28,487 bases of DNA, taken from contig JAFAWI010000074.1 of assembly GCA_019241915.1 (NCBI GenBank), positions 1 to 28,487 on the forward strand. Direction: 5' to 3'. Positions 10,301 to 17,003 of the stretch are shown one piece after another. Every line of letters starts with the position of its first letter. Within the stretch, counting starts at the first letter, position 1. Origin of the DNA: Alphaproteobacteria bacterium. GTDB lineage: Bacteria > Pseudomonadota > Alphaproteobacteria > ATCC43930 > CGMCC-115725. The translations under genes were made by a program, and so were the position numbers. The notes beneath the pieces are model-generated. The model was given only the letters and a program-made list of their open reading frames with translations. It did not search any database and was not told where the DNA came from.

Positions 10301-11169
10301 AGACGATGCGCCTGCTGACACCGCCGGAAATCGCGCGCATGCAGCCGGACAGTATTGTCTTTCAGCGCCAGCTGGAACCCGGCCAGATCGAGGTCATCGA
10401 GTGGGTAAAGCACACCAGCAAGGCGCTGTGTGTCTTCGAGCTCGATGACCTGATCACCAACTTGCCGCCCAAGAGCGCGCATCGGCCGATGATTGCGGCG
10501 GACATCTCGCAGCGCCTCAAGCGCGCCCTCGCGCTGTGCGACCGCCTGGTGGTCAGCACCGAGGCGATGGCGCGCGCGTACGGCCGGATGTGCGGCGAGG
10601 TCACGGTCGTGCCGAACCGGCTGGAAAGCGCGCGCTGGCTCGGTCTGGCGCCGCGGCGGCGCGACGGGAAGCCGCGGGTCGGGTGGGCCGGGGCGATCGG
10701 CCATAGCGGGGATCTCGCGATCATTGCTTCCGTGGTCGAGGCGACGGCGAAAGAGGTCGAGTGGGTGTTCTTCGGCATGTGTCCGGACGTGCTGCTGCCG
10801 CATGTCGCCGAATTTCATCCGTGGGTGCCCGTGCACGATTACGCCGCCAAGCTCGCCTCGCTCGATCTCGACCTCGCCGTGGCGCCGCTCGAGCGGCACC
10901 CGTTCAACGAAGCGAAAAGCAATCTGCGCCTGCTCGAATATGGCGTGCTCGGTTATCCGGTGGTCTGCACCGACATTCTGCCCTATCAGGGCGCATTGCC
11001 GGTGACGCGCGTGGCAAACCGCCACCGGGACTGGGTCCGCGCGATCCGTGAGGCAATCGCCGACCGCACGGCGGCGCGGGCGGCGGGCGAAACGCTGCGC
11101 GCGGCGGTGGTCGCAGACTGGATGCTTGAGGATCATCTTGCCGAATGGCGGCGGGCTTGGCTGCCTTGA
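7399..11169 (+). CDS. Multidomain enzyme: sulfotransferase-like domain, two GT2 domains and a C-terminal GT-B/GT4-like domain; probable flagellin glycosyltransferase (FgtA/Fgt1-like)
   Basis: LGMHRSGTS..NPRGYWEH..KDPRL..RHPLDVLAS; LYTDE..PHFKPD..EYDLALRL; VSIIVPTKN..VDNGSDD..LLNND..QHAGVILG..AVTAACL..NDVDYCLR; YPADREGCGEYRIIAP..RVGWAG..PFNEAKSNLRLLEYG; located between flgL and fliC. Confidence 0.85.
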   Translation: MNDIARAADKVPLAACDAGALAGSTALIVLGMHRSGTSALAGMLHHLGVALGERLMPATPDNPRGYWEHSDIVAINHRLMATLGHGWDDLRPMPAGFLRERAAAEAKDALANVLRRDFAGAALWAVKDPRLCPLMPLWGRLMAQERVGTRYLLAIRHPLDVLASLRTRDGLSAERAALLWLRHVLDAERATRGARRVIVHYEELVRDAGWRGAATRIANELGISWPRSLDAAAPAMNAFLTPALRRHRASDAVKDEPLPRWLREAYRAFRAGELPLNEICDGLSGQLAAAGDLYLPILEETGRALVEAGQREARAQHEAAELRERIRRLADDSAVLKQAASAVSLGGAGPPPPLSADEAFPRWMMARASTAVARQEWVAERMALWPFVPVSALGMILVPGSEPLLDLTLRALESQIAGDWRLHVVCETARPPALAAPDRIVWHEVAGRPAAELTRQLAASGAHWVALIDAGDQLAPHALFAVGDAFFRHPEWQALYTDEARIGPDGGLSGPHFKPDLNLELLRGLPYVGALLAVRREIFAELGGFDPAWDGTEEYDLALRLAEKAGEGGFGHVADILYHRLTISGRSRRPAAEICADMPKIVQAHLDRVGIAASAEQGVPAHTCRVRYRHDGAEPLVSIIVPTKNQVALLKRCVESVLRLTEYETYEVIVVDNGSDDPDAAAYLQAIEDKHAEIGSRLRVFRDPGPFNFAALNNRAVREAAQGDYICLLNNDAAPLDRVWLGEMMALARRPDVGAVGAKLTYPDGRIQHAGVILGVGWGAPADHPYIGEPGTAIGYWGRLLVAQELSAVTAACLVTRRSVWDAVGGLDGENFAVAYNDVDYCLRVREAGYRVVWTPQARLLHEGSASQRAAAATGSVADGNARFVRERLAMYRKWLPRIAFDPAYNRNLSSLGPGFAVEIEGAPTWDPEFRPRERVLVYPADREGCGEYRIIAPSRALAKSGTVHAYETMRLLTPPEIARMQPDSIVFQRQLEPGQIEVIEWVKHTSKALCVFELDDLITNLPPKSAHRPMIAADISQRLKRALALCDRLVVSTEAMARAYGRMCGEVTVVPNRLESARWLGLAPRRRDGKPRVGWAGAIGHSGDLAIIASVVEATAKEVEWVFFGMCPDVLLPHVAEFHPWVPVHDYAAKLASLDLDLAVAPLERHPFNEAKSNLRLLEYGVLGYPVVCTDILPYQGALPVTRVANRHRDWVRAIREAIADRTAARAAGETLRAAVVADWMLEDHLAEWRRAWLP

Positions 11170-11211
11170 GCCGTTGTCCGCACCCCGACGGTCGCCCGTC
11201 GCCGGCGCGTG

Positions 11212-11227
11212 TTTACCGAAAACTAAC
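11212..11227 (+). promoter_or_regulatory. Degenerate CtrA-like box upstream of fliC
   Basis: TTTA-CCGAAAA-CTAAC versus consensus TTAA-N7-TTAAC (2 mismatches). Confidence 0.25.
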
Positions 11228-11423
11228 CCTGAATTGCCGGAATGCCGCGATTCTCCCGGCAAAAAACCACCCAACCGTTGCAACAAATTATCCGAACGTC
11301 CGTCTCCTTACGGGTGAGCGGTCCGCTTCCGACGCCGTGTCCAATCGGCTCGGCCGCCGGCTGCGTCGTCACTCTCATCCGTGCCGTTCCCGGTTCGGGG
11401 GCCTCGGCAGTAGGAGAACAGAC

Positions 11424-12899
11424 ATGCTCTCGGGCGTCATCAACACCAACGTCAATGCGCTCTATGCGTTGAATTCGCTGAACAACACGACCAACGCGAC
11501 CAACCGGCTGGAGCAGGAGCTTTCCTCGGGCCTGGCGATCAACAGCCCGGCCGACAACCCGGCCGGCTACATCGCCGCGCAAGGGTTCACGGCGCAGCTC
11601 AGCGGCACCAACCAGGCCGCCGCCAACGCCAACCAGGCGATCTCGCTGGTGCAGACCGCCGACGGGGCGATCACCCAGCAGGTCAACATCCTGCAGAACA
11701 TTCTGAGCATCGCCTCGCAGGCGGCCAACGGCGGCCAGACTTCGCAGCAGCTGGCATCGTTGCAGCAGGTCGTCTCGCAGCTGCAGACCGAGGTCTCCTC
11801 GATCGCCACTCAGACGAACTTCAACGGCGTCGCGCTGATCAACGGCACGTTCCAGAACATCAATTTCCAGGTCGGCGCGCAGGCCGGACAAACCATCGGC
11901 CTGACCATCGGCAGCACCGCCGCCAACCAGATCGGCGCCTATCAGTCCGGTGCGGCGGCCGGCGGCATTTACGTGGCGACGGGCGCGGGCACCGGCGGCG
12001 TCGGCGACAACACCGGCAACTCGTTTACGATCAGCGCCGCCGGTGCGTTCACCGCCGGCAACGTCGGCGTCTCGGGTTCCTCGGGTAACGCCAACGTCGC
12101 CGTCACGCAGGCCGAATCGGCACTGAATTTCGCGGCCGGGGTGAACAGCGTCACCTCCAAGACAAATGTCACCGCCACTGCCGACACCAGCGTCGCCTTT
12201 ACCGTGACCGCCGGCACCGTGTCGTTCACGCTCGGCAACGGCACCGGCGCGGCACAAACCAACCCGGTCAACATCTCGGGGACGATTTCGAGCGTCACGG
12301 CGGCGGGTCTCGCGAACATCGTCAGCCAGATAAACCAGGCGACCGGCCAGACCGGCATCGTCGCCGCCGTTGATGCGAACAATCATTTGGTGCTGACGCA
12401 GTCGCAGGGCGACAACATCTCGATCCACGGCTTTGCCGGCACCGGGACCTTGGCCGCGGGCGGCACGACCTTGGCGGGTGGCGGCACGACCGCGGCCACC
12501 ATTCAGGGCCTGACGACGCTGCAGTCGACGCAGAGCTTCGGCCTGTCCAACACCGATGCCGGGCTTGCCGTCACGTCATCGCTGTCGGCGCTGTCCGCGG
12601 TCAATGTCAGCACCCAGGCAGGCGCGACCGCTGCGCTCAACGTGGTCAATTTCGCGCTGCAGCAGCTCGAGAACGTCGGCGGTCAGCTCGGCGCGATCCA
12701 GCAGGAACTGCAAGCGACCGTGTCGAACCTTCAGTCGACCGCCACCAACATCACCGCGGCCAAGGGCGTGGTCGAGGACGCCAACATTCCGCAGGTGACG
12801 ACGGAACTGACGCAGCAGCAGATCCTGCAGCAAGCCGGCGTCTCGGCGCTGGCGCAATCCAGCGCCTTGCAGCAGTCGTTCTTGAAGCTGCTGCAGTAG
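11424..12899 (+). CDS. fliC: Flagellin, 491 aa (start ATG 11424, not 11145)
   Basis: AGGAG at 11412-11416; INTNVNAL, LSSGLAINSPADNPAG, SLVQTADGA, FQVGAQAGQTI, C-terminal EDANIP..QQILQQAGVSALAQ. Confidence 0.96.
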   Translation: MLSGVINTNVNALYALNSLNNTTNATNRLEQELSSGLAINSPADNPAGYIAAQGFTAQLSGTNQAAANANQAISLVQTADGAITQQVNILQNILSIASQAANGGQTSQQLASLQQVVSQLQTEVSSIATQTNFNGVALINGTFQNINFQVGAQAGQTIGLTIGSTAANQIGAYQSGAAAGGIYVATGAGTGGVGDNTGNSFTISAAGAFTAGNVGVSGSSGNANVAVTQAESALNFAAGVNSVTSKTNVTATADTSVAFTVTAGTVSFTLGNGTGAAQTNPVNISGTISSVTAAGLANIVSQINQATGQTGIVAAVDANNHLVLTQSQGDNISIHGFAGTGTLAAGGTTLAGGGTTAATIQGLTTLQSTQSFGLSNTDAGLAVTSSLSALSAVNVSTQAGATAALNVVNFALQQLENVGGQLGAIQQELQATVSNLQSTATNITAAKGVVEDANIPQVTTELTQQQILQQAGVSALAQSSALQQSFLKLLQ

Positions 12900-12920
12900 T
12901 CGGACGGTCGGCGTCAGCTG

Positions 12921-12968
12921 GCGGTGGCGACCGTTCCCGGGCGAGGGGCCGGGAACGGGGCCGCCGCA
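12921..12968 (+). terminator. Strong GC hairpin between fliC and fliD without a U-tract (attenuator or mRNA-stabilising stem)
   Basis: CCGTTCCCGG (12931-12940) / CCGGGAACGG (12949-12958) form a perfect 10-bp stem, extendable by GCGGTGGC/GCCGCCGC. Confidence 0.55.
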
Positions 12969-12986
12969 AGGAGTCGAACTTAGGCT

Positions 12987-14582
12987 ATGGCCACCGTCAC
13001 CAACCTACTCAGCTCGAGCCAGATCACGTCGCTGATCCAGCAGGCGAGCGCGGCCTTTCAGCTGCCGGCCGCAACCCTGCAGGCCCAGGAAGTGCCGATG
13101 AAGGCGCAGATTTCGGCGCTGGGCAAGGTGCAGGGGGCTTTGTCGAGCCTGCAATCGGCGATGGCCGGGCTCGCCGATGTCAATTCCCTGGCGCAGCGCA
13201 CGGTCGCGGTGACGCCGAGCGGGATTGTCGAGGCGACCGTCACCAATGCCGCGGTTGTTGGCAGCTTTGCGCTGACCAACATCCGCCTCGCCCATCCGGA
13301 GACCCTTGTTTCCTCCGGCTCGTCGAGCTCCAGCGGCGGCCTTGGCTCGGGTTCCATCGCCATCAAGATCGGAAGCGGCAGCGCAGTGACGGTCAACATC
13401 GCCAGCGGGTCGTCCAGCCTTTCCGGCATTGCCGCAGCGATCGACCAAGCCAATCTCGGCGTCACCGCCAGCGTCGTGTTCGACGGCGCCCGCTACCATC
13501 TGGTGCTGACCGGCGCGAGCGGCGCGGCAAATGCGTTTACCGTCAGCGGCACCGGCGCGCTCGCGGCCCTCAGCTACAATTCGGGCGCGTCGGGAGCGCC
13601 GAACCTGGCGCTGACCCAGGCGGCAAGCAATGCCTCGTTTTCGTATAACGGGCTTACCGTCAGCAGCGGGTCGAACCGGATCGCCGGTGTGATCCCGGGC
13701 GTTTCGCTGACCCTCGCCGGCAGCGGGTCGGCGACCGTCACCGTCGGCCAAAGCATTGCAGCGCTTGACGGCGCGGCGCAAAACCTGGTCCAGGCGCTCA
13801 ATGCGGCGCTGACGACAATCAATCAGCAGACCGCTTTTTCGTCGGCGGGGTCCGGCGCCAGCGGCAACGGGGCGCTGCTCGGGAATGTCGCGCTCGAGCT
13901 GTTGCGCAGCAATCTGCTCAATGCGGTCAGCGCGTTCAACGCCTCCGGCGGGCAGTACAACTCGCTCAGCTCGGTCGGTTTCGGCGTTACCAGCGGCGGC
14001 ACCGTGACATTGAACGACGCCACCTTCCAGACCGCGGCGCAAAACAATTACAGCGCGGTCGCGGGACTGCTCGCGGCCGGCGCCAGCGCAACCAATGGCA
14101 ACGTCTCGGTTGACAGCACTGCTGGTGTCCCGCCCGGCGCCTACGCCGTCAACGTCACCGCCAATGCCAACGGAACCGTCGTCGGCACGATCAACGGGTT
14201 GAGCGCGAGCGGCACCGGTGGCGCGCTCGCGGTTAACGTCCCGGGCTCGGCGCTTGCGGGACTCGTCCTGCGGATAGCGCCGGGCGTGACCGGAGACCTC
14301 GGCACCGTCACCGTCAGCCAAGGTCTATTTGGCCGGCTGTCGAGCCTTGTCAGCGCCGCGTTGGCCAGCGGCAGCGGCAGCATCACCGGGCAGATCGGCA
14401 GTCTCAACACCTCGATCCGCGCGATCAACAAGCAGATCGCGACCCTGCAACAGGAGGCCAGTCAGCAGACGCAGGCGCTGACGGCGCAATTTACCGCCGC
14501 TCAGGCGACGCTGCAGCAGCTGACAACCGTCAGCAGTTTCTTGAGCACGTATTTCAATCAGGCGTCGGGAAGCGGAGGCTGA
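12987..14582 (+). CDS. fliD: Flagellar filament cap protein FliD
   Basis: N-terminal ITSLIQQ..KAQISALGKVQGALSSLQ, SLSGIAAAIDQANLGVTASVVFDG, SNRIAGVIPGVSLTL, LSSVGF, C-terminal coiled coil; follows fliC. Confidence 0.93.
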   Translation: MATVTNLLSSSQITSLIQQASAAFQLPAATLQAQEVPMKAQISALGKVQGALSSLQSAMAGLADVNSLAQRTVAVTPSGIVEATVTNAAVVGSFALTNIRLAHPETLVSSGSSSSSGGLGSGSIAIKIGSGSAVTVNIASGSSSLSGIAAAIDQANLGVTASVVFDGARYHLVLTGASGAANAFTVSGTGALAALSYNSGASGAPNLALTQAASNASFSYNGLTVSSGSNRIAGVIPGVSLTLAGSGSATVTVGQSIAALDGAAQNLVQALNAALTTINQQTAFSSAGSGASGNGALLGNVALELLRSNLLNAVSAFNASGGQYNSLSSVGFGVTSGGTVTLNDATFQTAAQNNYSAVAGLLAAGASATNGNVSVDSTAGVPPGAYAVNVTANANGTVVGTINGLSASGTGGALAVNVPGSALAGLVLRIAPGVTGDLGTVTVSQGLFGRLSSLVSAALASGSGSITGQIGSLNTSIRAINKQIATLQQEASQQTQALTAQFTAAQATLQQLTTVSSFLSTYFNQASGSGG

Positions 14583-14584
14583 CG

Positions 14585-15016
14585 GTGCGAACGTCCAGTG
14601 ACGATGCGGCCGGCGCCTATCGCGCCGTCGAGGGAACCGGCGCGACGCCCGAAGGCTTTATGAAGATGGCGCTCGATGCGACGCGCAATCTATTGCTGCG
14701 CGCCGAGATGGCGATCGAAGCGGGCGATCGCGCGGCGAAGGCGCAGGCGCTGGGTTCGGCCGGGAAGGTCGTCGAGTTTATGCTGGGCCTGTCGGGGGCG
14801 GCGCCGGGCGACCTCAGCGAGTGTCTCGCCAGCGTCTACCAGTACGTCCTCGCGGCGATTCTTAAAGGCAATGCCGGCGACGACAAGGAAGCGGTTGGCG
14901 CAGCGCGGGTCGCGCTCGACGAACTCGCTGCGACGTGGCGGAAGATTTTCCCCGATGTGCTAGCTTCGGACGATTCTGAACCCGAACTATCGAGTGGGAG
15001 GCGAGATCATGCCTGA
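14585..15016 (+). CDS. fliS: Flagellin chaperone FliS
   Basis: AYRAV..ATPEGFMKMALD, KAQALGSAGKVVEFM, LASVYQYV, LAATWRKI; follows fliD. Confidence 0.85.
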   Translation: MRTSSDDAAGAYRAVEGTGATPEGFMKMALDATRNLLLRAEMAIEAGDRAAKAQALGSAGKVVEFMLGLSGAAPGDLSECLASVYQYVLAAILKGNAGDDKEAVGAARVALDELAATWRKIFPDVLASDDSEPELSSGRRDHA

Positions 15017-15332
15017 TCCGATCGGCGGCATGAGCGGCACCAGCCCGGTCGCACCGGCAACCTCAACCGAGCAGGCGGCGGTGCCGGCGAGCGCCGCCGG
15101 AACGGCCGCCTCACCGGCGGCTGGGCTCGACCTTGCCGATGTCGGACACACCGAAGCGCTGTTGCAGTCCATCTTGCAGGCGGCGAATGCAACCGGCGGG
15201 ATCGATCAGAGCAAGGTCGCGCAATTGCAGCAAGCGATCGCCTCGGGTGCTTATCAAGTCAATGCTCAATCGATCGCTCAAAAAATCGCCGAGCTGGAAG
15301 CCCTGCTCGGCACTGCGGGGGCGGTTCGATGA
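15009..15332 (+). CDS. flgM: Anti-sigma28 factor FlgM
   Basis: Disordered N-terminus, then IDQSKVAQLQQAIASGAYQVNAQSIAQKI (FlgM signature); GGGAGG SD-like sequence upstream of ATG 15009. Confidence 0.88.
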   Translation: MPDPIGGMSGTSPVAPATSTEQAAVPASAAGTAASPAAGLDLADVGHTEALLQSILQAANATGGIDQSKVAQLQQAIASGAYQVNAQSIAQKIAELEALLGTAGAVR

Positions 15333-15346
15333 CGCTCTGGACCGCC

Positions 15347-15523
15347 TCAGGAAGCGCAGCTCAGAACTTCGAAGATCGGATCGGACGCCGCTTGCTCCGC
15401 CTCGCGGCTGATCCAATCCTGAACCTCCGCCAGACGCGCGGCCGCCTGATGGATATCGTCGCGCTCTGCGATGTCGGCGATGGCCGCAATCAACTGCTCG
15501 ATGCACTGGCACGCGGTACGCAC
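15347..15523 (-). CDS. Possible small helical hypothetical protein (start uncertain; GTG 15523 assumed)
   Basis: CIEQLIAAIADIAERDDIHQAAARLAEVQDWISREAEQ is amphipathic and rich in G-starting codons; competes with the antisense ORF 15329..15643 in the same codon register. Confidence 0.3.
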   Translation of the reverse strand: MRTACQCIEQLIAAIADIAERDDIHQAAARLAEVQDWISREAEQAASDPIFEVLSCAS

Positions 15524-15758
15524 CGATGGACTGGCCGTTCGGCTTGGGCAGCGCGCGCCACGCGCGATGAAAGGCAATATCGCAGTGCGTTCCACCCGGT
15601 GGCTTCGCCTCGCGCTGTTCCCGCTATGGCCGGCTCGATCTGAACCGCCGCGAGCAATTTCTGCGCAGCGATCCTTTGCAAGATGCGGTACCAAAAAATG
15701 CTCTACGGCATGAGCTTGACGATAACCGGGATAAATTCAACCGCACGCCGGGAGTCGT

Positions 15759-16826
15759 GTGATGCGGCTTAAACAGGAGATTGTTTTTCCAAACAATATC
15801 AAGGAGCTGCGGGTAAAGCGGCGGATGACGCAGGCAGAGGTCGGGCGCTTGATGGACCCGCCGGTCGGCGAATCGACCGTGTCGAAGATGGAAAGCGGCG
15901 AGCGCCGCCTGACCAATTTGCAACTTGCCAACCTGGCTGCAATCCTGCGCTGTCCGCCGGAGGACATACCCGTCGTCAGCGGACGCGACTCCGTTGACGG
16001 CGTCCGCCGCTGGAAGAAGGCGCAGCAGGAGGTCGTCGGGCAGAGCATTGCGAGCGGTGCCGCCGCGGCGGCATACGTTCTGGCTCAGCTGCGCAAGAAG
16101 CACGGCAAGACGATGCAGCAAGTGGCTAACGCCATCGGCATGACCCTGTCTGTCTATCACCGCATGGAGATGGCGAGCCGCATGATCCAAGCGGACGAGA
16201 TCGACAAGGTCGCGACGCTTTATGGGTTGAGTGCCAAGGCCCTGGTCGCGCTGTTCGAGCGCCGCACGGCGGATAATCTGGAGCGGCTGAAGTCCGGCAT
16301 CCCGGTCGAGCAGCTCTTGCCGCGCGTGCCGCGGTCGCTGCTCAAGGACGGCGGCAAATGGGGCCGCCTCGGAGCACTCGAACGGTACGCGCTGCAACGG
16401 AGTATCAGGTACAGCCCGGCGGCTCCGGCCGAGGCCGACGCCGCACTGCCGGTTCACGGCGAGTTGAAGCCGGCCGGCCGCGGCACCCGGCGCTTCACAA
16501 TAGACCGCGACGCGGCGGTGGACAGCATCGCGGTTGGCGACTTGCTGAAGCCGGGCAGGGAGGGCTTTATCGTACGCAATTATTCGCAGCGGCTCGGCGT
16601 GCTGCTGCGTCCGAATGCGCTTGCCTATGTGGACCCCGCAGTGCCGGCGGCGATGGGCGACATCGTCTTCCTCGTCCGCAAGGACGGCAGTGCCGATGCT
16701 GCGATGGTGATCGGCGACGGCATCGGTGCGCTGATGCTCAAGATGTACAACCCCGAGGAACAGATTCCGATCAGCGATCCCGCCATCCTCTCGGTGTTCA
16801 AGGTCGGTATGCTCATGCTGCCTTAA
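15759..16826 (+). CDS. Transcriptional regulator with two XRE-type HTH domains and a degenerate S24 (LexA/CI-like) C-terminal domain
   Basis: HTH1 IKELRVKRRMTQAEVGRL..ESTVSKMESGERR; HTH2 LAQLRKKHGKTMQQVANAIGMTLSVYHRME; C-terminal LPVHG..FIVRNYS..AYVDP..GDIV..LKMYNP. Confidence 0.8.
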   Translation: MMRLKQEIVFPNNIKELRVKRRMTQAEVGRLMDPPVGESTVSKMESGERRLTNLQLANLAAILRCPPEDIPVVSGRDSVDGVRRWKKAQQEVVGQSIASGAAAAAYVLAQLRKKHGKTMQQVANAIGMTLSVYHRMEMASRMIQADEIDKVATLYGLSAKALVALFERRTADNLERLKSGIPVEQLLPRVPRSLLKDGGKWGRLGALERYALQRSIRYSPAAPAEADAALPVHGELKPAGRGTRRFTIDRDAAVDSIAVGDLLKPGREGFIVRNYSQRLGVLLRPNALAYVDPAVPAAMGDIVFLVRKDGSADAAMVIGDGIGALMLKMYNPEEQIPISDPAILSVFKVGMLMLP

Positions 16827-17003
16827 GCACGTCGCTGGCGAAACCCGCACTCCCGGCGCCGCCCAACGAACCTCCCGCTCGCGCGATTCGCGCACGCCGT
16901 GGGCTGCTTCCGGGCGGTGCGTCGCGATTCGTCCCGCGGCGATCCGCGGAAGTGAGGCGAGCGCCGGGTTCTGCCGCCGTGTTCGGCACGCCGTCGCAGC
17001 GAA

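Noticed and set aside
11230-11420. c-di-GMP-I riboswitch or sigma28 promoter in the fliC leader
   Set aside because: GGCAAA is present but the GNRA/tetraloop-receptor two-stem pattern is not; sigma28-like matches had wrong spacing or too many mismatches
11145-11423. 93-aa N-terminal extension of flagellin
   Set aside because: A strong SD precedes ATG 11424, where flagellin homology begins; the upstream sequence looks like promoter/UTR
15759-16826. Prophage or mobile element suggested by the CI-like regulator
   Set aside because: No integrase, transposase, att-like repeats, terminal inverted repeats or phage structural genes in the window
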